Origin: an uncultured Candidatus Binatia bacterium
GTDB lineage: Bacteria; Desulfobacterota; Binatia; UBA9968; CAXXLF01
Length of the DNA: 64,000 nt
Reading direction: 5' to 3'
Assembly: GCA_965218425.1 (NCBI GenBank)
Contig: OZ244621.1
Span: 3,328,001 to 3,392,000 of the forward strand
Shown: positions 48,810-58,683 of the stretch, piece by piece
Layout of the letters: every line of letters starts with the position of its first letter
How positions within the stretch are numbered: the first letter of the stretch is position 1
Made by a program: the position numbers and the translations under genes
Notes under the pieces: generated by a model
Told to the model about the DNA's origin: nothing
Database searches by the model: none
What the model saw: the letters and a program-made list of their open reading frames with translations, nothing else

Positions 48810-49619
48810 CTACTCATATTGTAAGACGCCTTCCGGTCTCAGCACCACAATTTCCGTGGTAGAGGGTAGGGCGGATTTGCTCATGGTCAGGGTACTGGTT
48901 TTCATGTATCGAACTCGGAATCCCTCCGCGAACTCCTCCACCTGGTAAAGATTGTCACGATAGTGCATGGGAATGGCGATCTTTGGTTTGAGCTGGCGCA
49001 CAACTTCTCTTGCGATCTGTGGGCCCATGGTAAATCTCCCGCCGATGGGAGTCAATACGATGTCCACATCACCGATCAGCTTGAGCTGGCCCCGGGTCAA
49101 CGGATGACTCAAGTCACCCAGGTGAGCGATGCATAGGTCACCCACATCAAATATAAAGGCAGCACCCTTGAGCAGTCCTGCGTCTACACCGTTCTGATAG
49201 ACCGGGATATTGTAGACAAAAACATCCCGTACGCTCATACTGATCCGATTCCAATCCGCCCCGAAATCCGATAAGCCCCTCAAAATGATGGGGTCTCCGC
49301 GAATCATTTCCACGTAGTTGTGGTTGAAGTGCTCTCTTCCGACAGTAACCACGTGGGCCGAAACATTCGGGTCCGGATACCAGCCCGGTCCTAACGGGTC
49401 GGTGACAATCCGGGTTCCCTTCTCACTGATGATTTGGAAGAAGTTGTGTCCAAGGTAGGTAATGGTGGCATCGGGTGTCGCAGCGTAGGCCGGGGTGGGA
49501 AATCCCCTTGCCACATTGACCTCACGGCACCCGGCCTGCAGAGTGTGGGCGAGCAGCAGCAAGGGAAAGAGAAACACCGAGATGGTATACCATCGAACCA
49601 TCTTCATTATGTTCTCCAT
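48810..49619 (-). CDS. Exported MBL-fold metallo-hydrolase-like protein
   Basis: Signal peptide, ITYLGHNFF, VTDP, HLGDL, PIGGRFTM, IPMHY. Confidence 0.85.
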   Translation of the reverse strand: MENIMKMVRWYTISVFLFPLLLLAHTLQAGCREVNVARGFPTPAYAATPDATITYLGHNFFQIISEKGTRIVTDPLGPGWYPDPNVSAHVVTVGREHFNHNYVEMIRGDPIILRGLSDFGADWNRISMSVRDVFVYNIPVYQNGVDAGLLKGAAFIFDVGDLCIAHLGDLSHPLTRGQLKLIGDVDIVLTPIGGRFTMGPQIAREVVRQLKPKIAIPMHYRDNLYQVEEFAEGFRVRYMKTSTLTMSKSALPSTTEIVVLRPEGVLQYE

Positions 49620-50377
49620 GGGTTCAAAGGATTGCGAACCCCTATCCCCGACGCTCTGAAGAAGTCCGCCACGTACTGGCTAGCGGGCCGTTGCATAAGC
49701 CCCTCAACGGAATCCATCTGTTCAAAACGGCCGTCCCTCATCAAGCCGATTCGATCACCCAGGGCAAGGGCGTCCGAGAGATCGTGGGTTACGTAAAGGG
49801 TGGTCAGGCGGTTACTGCGATGAAAACTGAGGATCTCGTTTCGCATCTTGATTCGGCTCGGAGGGTCCAGATTGCTCAGGGGCTCATCCATCAGTAGTAT
49901 TCGCGGGGTGGTGGTCATGGCCCGGCCCAGGGCCACCCGTTGCTGCTGGCCGGAGGAGAGTTCCTGGGGTCTCCGAGAAAAAAAGCTATCTTCGATTCCT
50001 AAGCTATTGGTGATTTGACGGATTCCTTCCCGGATTTTTTCTTTTGACCACTTTCTGATCTTGAGGGGGAAGGTAAGGTTGGTGAATTTGCGTTCGTCAA
50101 AGATCTTCATATGGGGCCAGAGGGCATAATTCTGAAAGATCATCTGAACCCCTCTTTTTCCCGGCGGTAGGTCGTTTACCGGGACTCCGCCCACGTAGAT
50201 GGTGCCGCTATCTGAATCTTCCAGTCCAGCAATGAGTCGCAGCAGGGTCGTTTTACCAGAGCCGCTTGCGCCAATGATCACCAGCAGCTCCCCATCGTCC
50301 ACGGAAAAATTCACCTGGTTCACTGCAACAATAGAACCGAATTGCTTTGTCAGGTCATTGACGGCGAGAGTGATCAT
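49607..50377 (-). CDS. ABC transporter ATP-binding protein (MalK/PotA-like, no C-terminal TOBE domain)
   Basis: GASGSGKT, FQNYALWPH, LSSGQQQR, DEPLSNLD, YVTHD. Confidence 0.92.
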   Translation of the reverse strand: MITLAVNDLTKQFGSIVAVNQVNFSVDDGELLVIIGASGSGKTTLLRLIAGLEDSDSGTIYVGGVPVNDLPPGKRGVQMIFQNYALWPHMKIFDERKFTNLTFPLKIRKWSKEKIREGIRQITNSLGIEDSFFSRRPQELSSGQQQRVALGRAMTTTPRILLMDEPLSNLDPPSRIKMRNEILSFHRSNRLTTLYVTHDLSDALALGDRIGLMRDGRFEQMDSVEGLMQRPASQYVADFFRASGIGVRNPLNPWRT

Positions 50378-50560
50378 GCAGCTAGATGTTAGTAGAAGAT
50401 AAAGCGGAAGACAATAACCAGGGAAGGGTTTTAAATGAGATTATTGAGTCCATGGAAAAGGGGGATTGGGATGGAGCCAGATGGACATTTACTTCTACGT
50501 GGGCTAGTAACAATGGGCGTGAATGGGCGATGATTTTTAAAGAAGTTGGTAAATGTCCGC

Positions 50561-52327
50561 ATGGTTCGCTCCAAAGCTCAGATCGAAAGATTGATACAAG
50601 GCGGGTTGGGTGAGATCAAAGCGGACCTCATCTTGACCCACGGCAGACTCGTCAATGTATATTCCGGCGAGATCCTGCAAGACGTGGAGATCGCCGTGCT
50701 GGACGAGAGGATTTGCTATGTGGGCGAGAGTGCGGTCCATACGCGAGGCGAATCCACGGAGACCTTTGATGCCCAGGGATTATATATTTCCCCTGGATTT
50801 ATCGATGGTCATACTCACATAGGTCATTTTTGCCGGCCCCATGAGTTCTTGCAGGCCTATCTTCCCTGTGGAACCACTTCCTTGATGACGTCGTGCGACG
50901 AGCATGCGGCCGTATTTGGTTACGAGGGTGTTCGACTCTTTCTCCAAGAAGTGGAAAGTCATCCCCTGCGTGTTTACACGCTCATCTCCATGGTCGCTCC
51001 CCAGGACCCTCTCCTTTGCAATGCACGTTCTCTGTCCCAAGAGGAGGTGGCGGAAGGACTGGCGGATCCCCGGGTGCTGGGTCTGGGGGAGATCGTCTCC
51101 TGGCTCCGGGTCCTGCAAAGGGATCAGGAGGTCCTGGAGCGGATCGAGATGACCCTCGGTCAGGGCAAAATCATCCATGGCCACACATCCGGGGCCAGGG
51201 ACCGGAAGCTTGGGGCAATGGCCGCTGCGGCGATCTCGTCCTGTCACGAACCCGTGAGTGAACGTGACGCGGTGGAAAGGCTTCGCCTGGGATATTGGGT
51301 GATGTTGAGGGAGGGATCTTTTCGCCGCGACTTGGAGCCAACCTTAAGGCCCATGGTTGAACGCAAATTGAGCACCCAGCGGTTGATACTGGTCACCGAC
51401 AGTACGGGACCTGACGACGTGGAGGACCACGGCCATGTGGACTTCGTGCTGCGGCGGGCTGTGGAGATTGGATTGGCGCCGCTCAAAGCAATTCAGGCTG
51501 TGACCCTGAACCCAGCAACCTACGCTGGTTTGGATCAAGACATCGGCGGCATTGCCCCGGGACGATTCGCGGATTTCACGCTGTTAAGGGACCTGAAGAC
51601 GTTTGAAGTGGAATCCACATTCATTGGTGGACGCTTGGTGGCGCGCCGGGGCGAGTCTCTGGTAGCCGGCGATCCCATCAGCGTTCCCGACAGCACCACA
51701 ACGTCTATTCACCTTCGACCCACGGTGTCTCCCGACGCCTTTCGCATTGCCTGTCCATACCCTTCGGTAAAAGTCCGCGCCATGGAGTTGCTAAATCACA
51801 CCATTACCCGAGAGACGATGATTCAGGTTCAATCCGTTAACGGTGCCCTTCGAGCCGATCCCGGTGAAGACATATTGAAAGTGGCGGTCTTTGATCGCCA
51901 CACTGAAAGTGGAAGGATTTCTCATGGCCTTCTCAAGGGCTTTGGGGCGAGGGTGGGGGCCGTGGGCACCACGGTGAACCTCGATGAATACGCGCTGTTG
52001 GTTGCGGGAAGTAACGACGAAGACATGGCCCGGTGCGCCAATGTGCTGATTGAGCAGGGAGGGGGCTTGGCTGTGGTGGACCGGGGGGAGATACTGGAAC
52101 GAATCAGCTTTCCCGTGGGAGGGATCTTTTCTTTGGCGCCGTGGCAAGAAGTCGGAAAGGGGCTGAAAAGGATTCACCGTTGCTTGGCGGACAGGGGATC
52201 GCCATTTCCCAAGCCCATCTATCCGCTGTTTTTTCTTACCTTTGTGACCCTCCCGGCGCTGAGGATCACAGATCGCGGGCTCATTTCGGTTAAGGATCGG
52301 AGGATCGTCCCTCTGGTTGTGGAGTAA
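50561..52327 (+). CDS. Adenine deaminase-like amidohydrolase
   Basis: PGFIDGHTH, GHT, CHE, REGS, GIAPGRFAD, adenine-deaminase-type C-terminal domain ending LRITDRGL. Confidence 0.85.
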   Translation: MVRSKAQIERLIQGGLGEIKADLILTHGRLVNVYSGEILQDVEIAVLDERICYVGESAVHTRGESTETFDAQGLYISPGFIDGHTHIGHFCRPHEFLQAYLPCGTTSLMTSCDEHAAVFGYEGVRLFLQEVESHPLRVYTLISMVAPQDPLLCNARSLSQEEVAEGLADPRVLGLGEIVSWLRVLQRDQEVLERIEMTLGQGKIIHGHTSGARDRKLGAMAAAAISSCHEPVSERDAVERLRLGYWVMLREGSFRRDLEPTLRPMVERKLSTQRLILVTDSTGPDDVEDHGHVDFVLRRAVEIGLAPLKAIQAVTLNPATYAGLDQDIGGIAPGRFADFTLLRDLKTFEVESTFIGGRLVARRGESLVAGDPISVPDSTTTSIHLRPTVSPDAFRIACPYPSVKVRAMELLNHTITRETMIQVQSVNGALRADPGEDILKVAVFDRHTESGRISHGLLKGFGARVGAVGTTVNLDEYALLVAGSNDEDMARCANVLIEQGGGLAVVDRGEILERISFPVGGIFSLAPWQEVGKGLKRIHRCLADRGSPFPKPIYPLFFLTFVTLPALRITDRGLISVKDRRIVPLVVE

Positions 52328-52547
52328 TAGATCCCTGGCGCATGAGGGGGAGGACCTTGCCCTTTCTCTGTTCTTTTTTCATGAAAGAGTCTCCCTCGAA
52401 GACGGCGCCGTCTCCAATGAGCGGATTAGGGGTAGTGATATCCCCCGCCAGGACACCTGTGGGTTGGATCTCGATTCTCTTTTCCACTTGAATGTCGCCT
52501 TTAACTGAGAAGGCAGCGCCTTGAACCATTAAAACCTTGGCCGGCAT
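52290..52547 (-). pseudogene. Chimeric remnant: CobQ N-terminus fused to bactofilin C-terminus
   Basis: MPAKVLMVQGAAFSV followed by KGDIQVEKRIEIQPTGVLAGDITTPNPLIGDGAVFEG. Confidence 0.62.
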
Positions 52548-52556
52548 AATCGAATC

Positions 52557-53354
52557 CTAAGACGGGGGTTTTCGCAGAAAAAAATATTGAGTTCCGTGTT
52601 CAGCTTCCTTTTTGACTGCAACGTTCACCCCGAAGATCTCTGTTAAGGCCTTTTCATTGACGACATCTTCTACCTTCCCGAACGCGACGAGTTCGCCCGA
52701 TTTGAGCAGCAAAGCTTTATCCGCAAATAGTGAGATTAGGTTCAGATCGTGTAATACGGCGACTATGGTTAATAGTTTTTCCTGGCAGATCCTCTTTAAG
52801 ACTTCCAAAATTTGTAATTGAAAATAGATGTCCAGGTGAGTCGTTGGTTCGTCCATTATAAGGAGATGCGAGGTTTGCGCGAGAACCCTGGCGATCAATA
52901 CCTTTTGTCTTTCGCCTCCGCTAAGAGAGGTGAATCTTTTGTCCTTCAATGAAAGGGAACCCGTCAGACGAAGCGCTTCTTCCACCGCCTTTCCATCTTC
53001 GGGAGTTTCTTTGAAGCGGTTCGAATAGGCGTATCTACCCAAAGAGACCAACTCTCCCACCGTGAGAGGAAAACTAAAAGTCGGCTCTTGGGAGACATAA
53101 CCGAGTTTTTTGGCTCTATCTTTGGCCTTGTAGGAGAGTATGGGTTTGCCGTCGAGGAGGACCTCGCCTTTGCTGGGACAAAAAATCCCCAGAATGGTCT
53201 TTAATAGCGTGGTCTTGCCCGAGCCGTTGGGGCCCATGAGGGCGACGAAGTCTCCCGCCTGGATGGAAAAGTTGATATCTTTTAACACCGGGGAGCCTCC
53301 GTAGCCGAAGGAGGTGCCTTTTAATTCGAGCAAAGTGTTTTGTGTCATATCCAT
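52557..53354 (-). CDS. btuD: Cobalamin ABC transporter ATPase
   Basis: GPNGSGKT, LSGGERQ, DEPTTHLD, VLHDLN; operon context. Confidence 0.85.
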   Translation of the reverse strand: MDMTQNTLLELKGTSFGYGGSPVLKDINFSIQAGDFVALMGPNGSGKTTLLKTILGIFCPSKGEVLLDGKPILSYKAKDRAKKLGYVSQEPTFSFPLTVGELVSLGRYAYSNRFKETPEDGKAVEEALRLTGSLSLKDKRFTSLSGGERQKVLIARVLAQTSHLLIMDEPTTHLDIYFQLQILEVLKRICQEKLLTIVAVLHDLNLISLFADKALLLKSGELVAFGKVEDVVNEKALTEIFGVNVAVKKEAEHGTQYFFLRKPPS

Positions 53355-54329
53355 TTATAGCCCGTATTCTCCCTTCTCTCTCTTTAATAAATATAAAAAG
53401 AAGGGGACGCCACATAGAGAGGTCACCACGCCCACGGGTAGCTCGGAGGGAGCAATGACCCCTTTCGCGATAATATCGCAGAGAATCAAGAATGTGCCGC
53501 CTACGAAAAAGGTGAAAGGGAACAGAACACGATGATCGGCGCCAAAAATCATGCGTATCATGTGGGGGACAATGAGGCCAACAAAGCCTATCAAACCTGC
53601 AACCGAAACAGATACTGAAGTTAGAAATGCAGCAACGATGGCGTAGATGGATTGAACAAAGACTGTATTGATGCCACTGCTTTTTGCCGTTTCGTCTCCC
53701 AGCAAGAGGATGTTCAATTCTCTGGAATAATAAAAGGCGACAAGGACCCCTATGGGCACGAAGGATAGGGTTACCAACGCCGTGTCCCAACTGGAGGTGG
53801 AAAATCCACCCAGGAAGAAAAAGATTAGTGCCTTTAACTCTTCTTCGGCCATGATCATGAGAATGGCTACCAGCGAGGAAAGAAACAGGCCAACCCCTAA
53901 GCCGGAGAGGAGCAATCGAAAGGGTGAGATGGTTCCACTGCGCGAGCCAAAGTAGAAAACCAGAGCGAGTGCAGCGAGGGAGCCTAAAAAAGAAAAGAAA
54001 CTCACTCCGGTGAACGCTGCCAAGGGAGACGTAAACCCCAGAACGATAGCCGTGGCCGCACCCAGAGAGGCCCCGGAGGAGATCCCCAGGATGTAACTAT
54101 CCGCCAGGGGGTTACGAAAGAGCCCCTGAAATATCGCGCCGGCAAGGGCCAACCCTCCCCCCACAAAAAAAGTGGAAACGAGTCGTGGCAATCGGAGATT
54201 GAAGAGGATCACCTTGTCAGTAGGCGACATGTTTAGCAGAGACATTTTCACGGGCCCTGTGCCGAGGGCCAAGGCGATGGAAACGAGAAGTAGGCAGAGG
54301 ATAACAATCCAACCCTGAAATTGATTCAT
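53355..54329 (-). CDS. btuC: Cobalamin ABC transporter permease (FecCD family)
   Basis: LRLPR, FRNPLAD, GISSGA, IGFVGLIVPH, ELPVG. Confidence 0.88.
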   Translation of the reverse strand: MNQFQGWIVILCLLLVSIALALGTGPVKMSLLNMSPTDKVILFNLRLPRLVSTFFVGGGLALAGAIFQGLFRNPLADSYILGISSGASLGAATAIVLGFTSPLAAFTGVSFFSFLGSLAALALVFYFGSRSGTISPFRLLLSGLGVGLFLSSLVAILMIMAEEELKALIFFFLGGFSTSSWDTALVTLSFVPIGVLVAFYYSRELNILLLGDETAKSSGINTVFVQSIYAIVAAFLTSVSVSVAGLIGFVGLIVPHMIRMIFGADHRVLFPFTFFVGGTFLILCDIIAKGVIAPSELPVGVVTSLCGVPFFLYLLKREKGEYGL

Positions 54330-54348
54330 ATCCAATCCACCATGGACG

Positions 54349-55299
54349 CTATGAGCCACTCCCTGGATTCAATTGAAAGATTTGCTCTGTTGCATGCTTT
54401 CCGAAAAGGCACCTGTAGATTTTGTTTACCCCATCCAAAAATTGGATCCGGCGCCTTAAATTCGCTTCATGGATCAAGCAAATATGATTGTTCTTCACTG
54501 CATCGAGTTCCCTCCATTCGGGGCGTTTGACAATACGATTAACAAAATCCAAGTGATGGTTCATGAAGATCATGACTTCTGGATTGCGCTTGATGATCGA
54601 TTCTATGCTTACCTTCCCTGAGTCAAATGCCATATCTTCGAAGATATTGATACCACCAGCTAGGGTCAGGAGGGATTGAGAAAAAGAACCCTTCCCCACA
54701 GTAATCATGGGATCGGGCCAGGTTTGGAGATATACTCTTTTTTTCTTTTTCCGCGCGGTCTTTGTCTGGATTTCTCTCAGGCCTTGATCCACCTCTTCGA
54801 GTATGGCTCTCGCCCTTGCCGTTCGATTCAATATTTTTCCCAAGAGCAAGAAGTCTTTCTTGAGCCAATCGATGTTTTGAGCGTATAGACTCAACACGGG
54901 GTAGCCGAGTCTCTTGAGGGGCGTTACCGCCTTTTGCTGGCTTGGTCCGTTGGCCAATATGAGATCAGGTCCTATTTCGACGATCAGCTCCAGGTTGGGG
55001 TCAAAGCCACCGCCTATGATCTTCATTTTCTTGTCCTTGATCCGCTGGACCAGCTCTTGGGGAAATCGATCGTACCGCGTTCCTCCGTATAGTCGTTCGC
55101 AGTCCAATAGACAAACAAGTTCAGAATTTGTAGGCACCAGGGAGACAACCCTTTTTATCTCTTTCCTGATCGTCACCTGATACCCCAGGTCGTCGGTTAC
55201 GCTCCTCCAGGCCTCTTTCGGGGCCGTTTTACAGCCTGCGAATATTAGCAGCGATATTAAACAAACGTAGATTGGGACCCTATGACCTGACGGCTTCAT
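54349..55299 (-). CDS. btuF: Cobalamin-binding lipoprotein
   Basis: Lipobox FAGC, VTDDLG..V, RVVSLVPTNSE, PNLE, AGGINIF, AVKN. Confidence 0.85.
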   Translation of the reverse strand: MKPSGHRVPIYVCLISLLIFAGCKTAPKEAWRSVTDDLGYQVTIRKEIKRVVSLVPTNSELVCLLDCERLYGGTRYDRFPQELVQRIKDKKMKIIGGGFDPNLELIVEIGPDLILANGPSQQKAVTPLKRLGYPVLSLYAQNIDWLKKDFLLLGKILNRTARARAILEEVDQGLREIQTKTARKKKKRVYLQTWPDPMITVGKGSFSQSLLTLAGGINIFEDMAFDSGKVSIESIIKRNPEVMIFMNHHLDFVNRIVKRPEWRELDAVKNNHICLIHEANLRRRIQFLDGVNKIYRCLFGKHATEQIFQLNPGSGS

Positions 55300-55406
55300 G
55301 GTTTCAAATATGACTTCTCATTCGCTCTAGGGGACACAAATCTAACAGCCCGGAATGACCAGGTGCAAACCCCTTAAGTTTCGCGGTGATGGTTTGTGGT
55401 TGGATG

Positions 55407-57449
55407 TCATTGTTTGTTGTACCGAAATTTTATCCCCGCAAACACCGTTGTGGTTGGGAAAGGGACCAGAAAGGGTTGAGCAGGGAATCCACCGACGATT
55501 CCGAATGTTTCAAACTTATTGTTGGTGAGATTGCTCCCGGTGATGTACCCGGTAAAATTCTTCCAGTTGTAGCTGACTTTGCCGTTGAGAACGAAATAAT
55601 CATCTAATTTCTTGAAATCGTTGGGCTCGTCGTTCGCGAGAAATTGCCTTCCTACATAATTGCCGAACAGAGAAACCGTCAAGCCCTCCACGGGCAGGAA
55701 ATTTACGCTGAAACCCACACGGTGATTCGGTACCAGTGGAAATTCGTCTCCTTTTCTCACCTGCCCGGAAAAGAGGAGAACATCGGTTTCAAAGGTAGCC
55801 TTGGCATACGTATAGTTTAAGAAGCCGTTGAGCCGTTTCCCATAACGGCCGTTGATCCTTATTTCCACCCCTCGTCTGAGGCTATTGCTGATATTGACGT
55901 TGCGTCCGGAAAAGGTCGCTGGGTCTGTTACCACAAACAAAATTTCATCTTTGACCGGCGTATAGAAGAAAACCACAGACCCGTCCAGCCAGGGGGCGAG
56001 GCCGCCTCTCACCCCAACCTCGAAATTCTGGGACCTCACCGGGTCGAGGTCCGCAATGACCGGAGCAAAACCGGGAGGATCAAAGGCGGGAAACTCTGAG
56101 ACGCTGGGGGTGCGAAACCCTTGGGAATAATTGAAGTAAAAGCCTAGATTCGGTAAAGGATTGTAAACGATACCGGCTCTGGGACTGAAATGGTCGAAGG
56201 TTGCCACGAAACTAAAGGCCGGCGTGATTCGATCCGTCAGATCCATGCGGCCCCAATCGTAGCGAAACCCTCCCGTCACTGAAAGAGACTCGAAGATATC
56301 CAACGTATCGATGAAATAAAATCCAACCGCGTCTTCATCAGCGGATGTGCGGGCGGCAAGGGGGAAGCCAGAGAAAGTCGCCGTCGTATCGTTTGTAAAA
56401 TGATTGTTGCCGTATTCGACTCCTAGATTAAAAGAGTTCCTTTCGCTGAGGGCGCGATCGTTGCTGAACTGCAATGTCCCCCCCCACTGCTGGTAGTCAT
56501 TAAAGGCATCGGAGACACTGGTGAGACCCACCACGAAGCTCTCGGTGTCATTATCTCGGTAATAGGAGTTCAGGGCCATGGAAAAGCCTGTCGGCAGCTT
56601 CTGCCTCAGGTTAAGAGCAGCCAGATTGTAGGTGCTATCCTTAAAGTCACCCGGAGTTGCGTTATCTCTTCTGTGCCGATCCAACCGTGCTTGTGTCAAA
56701 GGGCCTGCCTGCTTCAACACGTCGGTCACGTGGGTATACGAAAAGGCGACGTCTGTTCCCGTTTCATTGGAATATCCGAGTTTGTTGAAGATCCGCGTGA
56801 TGCGGCCGTCTGAATCCTGTCGATAACCGTTGGAGAGTTCTCTTGTCCCACTGAAGTAGTAATTTAAATCAGGCAGCGGTAGGGGGATGTCCCCTGCAAA
56901 ACTGTATTTCTGTCTAAAATAACTCCCACCACCTGCTTCCCCACTGACACTCGGCGTGTCTTTGGACCCTCGCTTCATGGTGATATTGATTACACCCCCG
57001 AGGGAGTTGCGGCCGTAGACAGTGCCGGGACCATAGAGGATCTCAATTTTCTCAATATCTTCGATGGGGATGAAGTCAAAATTGACCTGGTTGAAGTCCG
57101 CTTCATTGACCCTTACGCCATCCACAAAAACGGTGGTACCCGTTACCGGTAACCCGTTGAATCCGCGTAGATCCACCGTGGATTGAAATTCGTTGCCGAT
57201 CTGATCGTAGAGAACAATGCCCGTTTGATACTGGATTGCCTCCTGGACGGTCTTTGCACCTTGCCTTTCAATGCCCTCCTTCGTGATGACGGCTACCTTG
57301 TTGGGTATCCTCGTGACGTCTTCTTCAACGTCCTTGAGTCGCGTTGTGGTAACTATAAGGGGTTTGAGGGTCTCTTCCTGTTCGGGCTCGGCCGCTGGTG
57401 ACCCCATGGGAAGAAAAGTAAGAAAAAGAACGATAAGGAACGGTTTCAT
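55407..57449 (-). CDS. btuB: TonB-dependent receptor, probable cobalamin receptor
   Basis: Signal peptide, TonB box ETLKPLIVT, plug IEKIEILYGP...GGVINI, YSQGFRTP; directly downstream of a cobalamin riboswitch. Confidence 0.88.
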   Translation of the reverse strand: MKPFLIVLFLTFLPMGSPAAEPEQEETLKPLIVTTTRLKDVEEDVTRIPNKVAVITKEGIERQGAKTVQEAIQYQTGIVLYDQIGNEFQSTVDLRGFNGLPVTGTTVFVDGVRVNEADFNQVNFDFIPIEDIEKIEILYGPGTVYGRNSLGGVINITMKRGSKDTPSVSGEAGGGSYFRQKYSFAGDIPLPLPDLNYYFSGTRELSNGYRQDSDGRITRIFNKLGYSNETGTDVAFSYTHVTDVLKQAGPLTQARLDRHRRDNATPGDFKDSTYNLAALNLRQKLPTGFSMALNSYYRDNDTESFVVGLTSVSDAFNDYQQWGGTLQFSNDRALSERNSFNLGVEYGNNHFTNDTTATFSGFPLAARTSADEDAVGFYFIDTLDIFESLSVTGGFRYDWGRMDLTDRITPAFSFVATFDHFSPRAGIVYNPLPNLGFYFNYSQGFRTPSVSEFPAFDPPGFAPVIADLDPVRSQNFEVGVRGGLAPWLDGSVVFFYTPVKDEILFVVTDPATFSGRNVNISNSLRRGVEIRINGRYGKRLNGFLNYTYAKATFETDVLLFSGQVRKGDEFPLVPNHRVGFSVNFLPVEGLTVSLFGNYVGRQFLANDEPNDFKKLDDYFVLNGKVSYNWKNFTGYITGSNLTNNKFETFGIVGGFPAQPFLVPFPTTTVFAGIKFRYNKQ

Positions 57450-57483
57450 ACAAACTCCTTTCCCGCGAAAGGGGAGGTTTGTG

Positions 57484-57705
57484 GCGGAATGGATAGGTCT
57501 CCTGGCTTGGGCTTTGTCCTACTCGCCGCGCCTTCCCGCCGTTCCGTTATTCGTGTAATAGTTTATTCGTTTATGGTATTGGACCCATAACGATTGAACG
57601 AATTAACGAGTAACGAAGCCGGCAGTGGCTTCCCTGCGGCTTTCGTGGCCTTCACAGTTGCGGGGCAGCAGGGGATTCTCACCCCTTTCCCTTGCATCCA
57701 TCCGC
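57484..57705 (-). promoter_or_regulatory. Cobalamin riboswitch upstream of btuB
   Basis: Minus strand AGGGAA.GGGGTGAGAATCCCC.GCTGCCCCGCAACTGT...GCCACTG...GGGAAGG...AGCCAGGAGACC. Confidence 0.92.
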
Positions 57706-57739
57706 GGCCAATTGGATTACAGCTAAATGATACGTTCGA

Positions 57740-58576
57740 CTACTTTTTGAGTTCCTCCAGGTCAAATACGATGGGTATCTTTACCCAACTCTCTATCGTT
57801 TTCGATCCGGATCGAGCCGGTTGGAAACGCCAATGTTTAACCGCTTTCGCGGCGGCCTTATCGAGGGTCGTGAATCCGGAGCTTCGGCTGATCTCGATGA
57901 ACTCGGCTTCTCCCTTTTGATCCACCAAGACCCTGAGGAGGGTAGTTCCCTCCCATCCCATTTTCCTTGCGTGCCTGGGGTATTTCGGTTTTGCCACGCG
58001 GGCGTACCTGACCCCCACAAAGCGGTTTGTTCTTTCGTCATTGCCCAGGAAATTGACTTCTTTGGTAGCCTTGGCTGTCTTTATGGTGGATTCATGGGCA
58101 GGGTCCTCGCTTGGAGCCTCGGGTGTTATGAAATCCCCAATTTCGGAATGGGAAACCGCATTTTCTACTTCTGGTTGGCTTTCAGAATGCACTCTTTGAA
58201 CATTCTTGGGCTCTGTTACCACGGTAAGAGGCTTCGCATCTGGCAGCGGTTTTCTAGCCTTGGCCGTTTTCTTTTTTGGTGACTTGATTGGCTTCTTGGG
58301 GCGAACTTTTGCCAGCTTCTTTTTGATAATAGTTGTTTTAGGTTCCTTTTTTTTGGCTTTTTCTTTGTGATGGCTTTCGGCTTGGTTATGTTTTTAGGAT
58401 TCGTTGGCCGAATTTTCGGCTGAATAGCACCATCCCTGGAGGTCTTCACTGGTTCCGCCTTCTGGGTGCTCAGGACAAGGGTCACGGGGATGGCGTTGTT
58501 GATTACGCAAACCCGGTAGGGCCAAAACAAGAGAGTGAATCAGCGCGGAGATTAGGAGGAACCAAACCATCTTCAT
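57740..58576 (-). pseudogene. tonB: TonB gene with two compensating frameshifts and an in-frame stop
   Basis: Anchor SALIH (58394-58576) and C-terminal domain PKYPRHARKMGWEG...SSGFTTLDKAA (57740-58222) share a frame separated by TAA at 58394-58396; the Pro/Lys linker lies in another frame. Confidence 0.8.
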
Positions 58577-58683
58577 ATCGGTTGACGGAGAGCTTATGGT
58601 CTCTACCGAAAGATGGTTTGAAACGAGGGATCCGAAGGTACGCTTTCAGACCCTCCTCCCTCCATCGGAGAGGCCGGCCTCAT

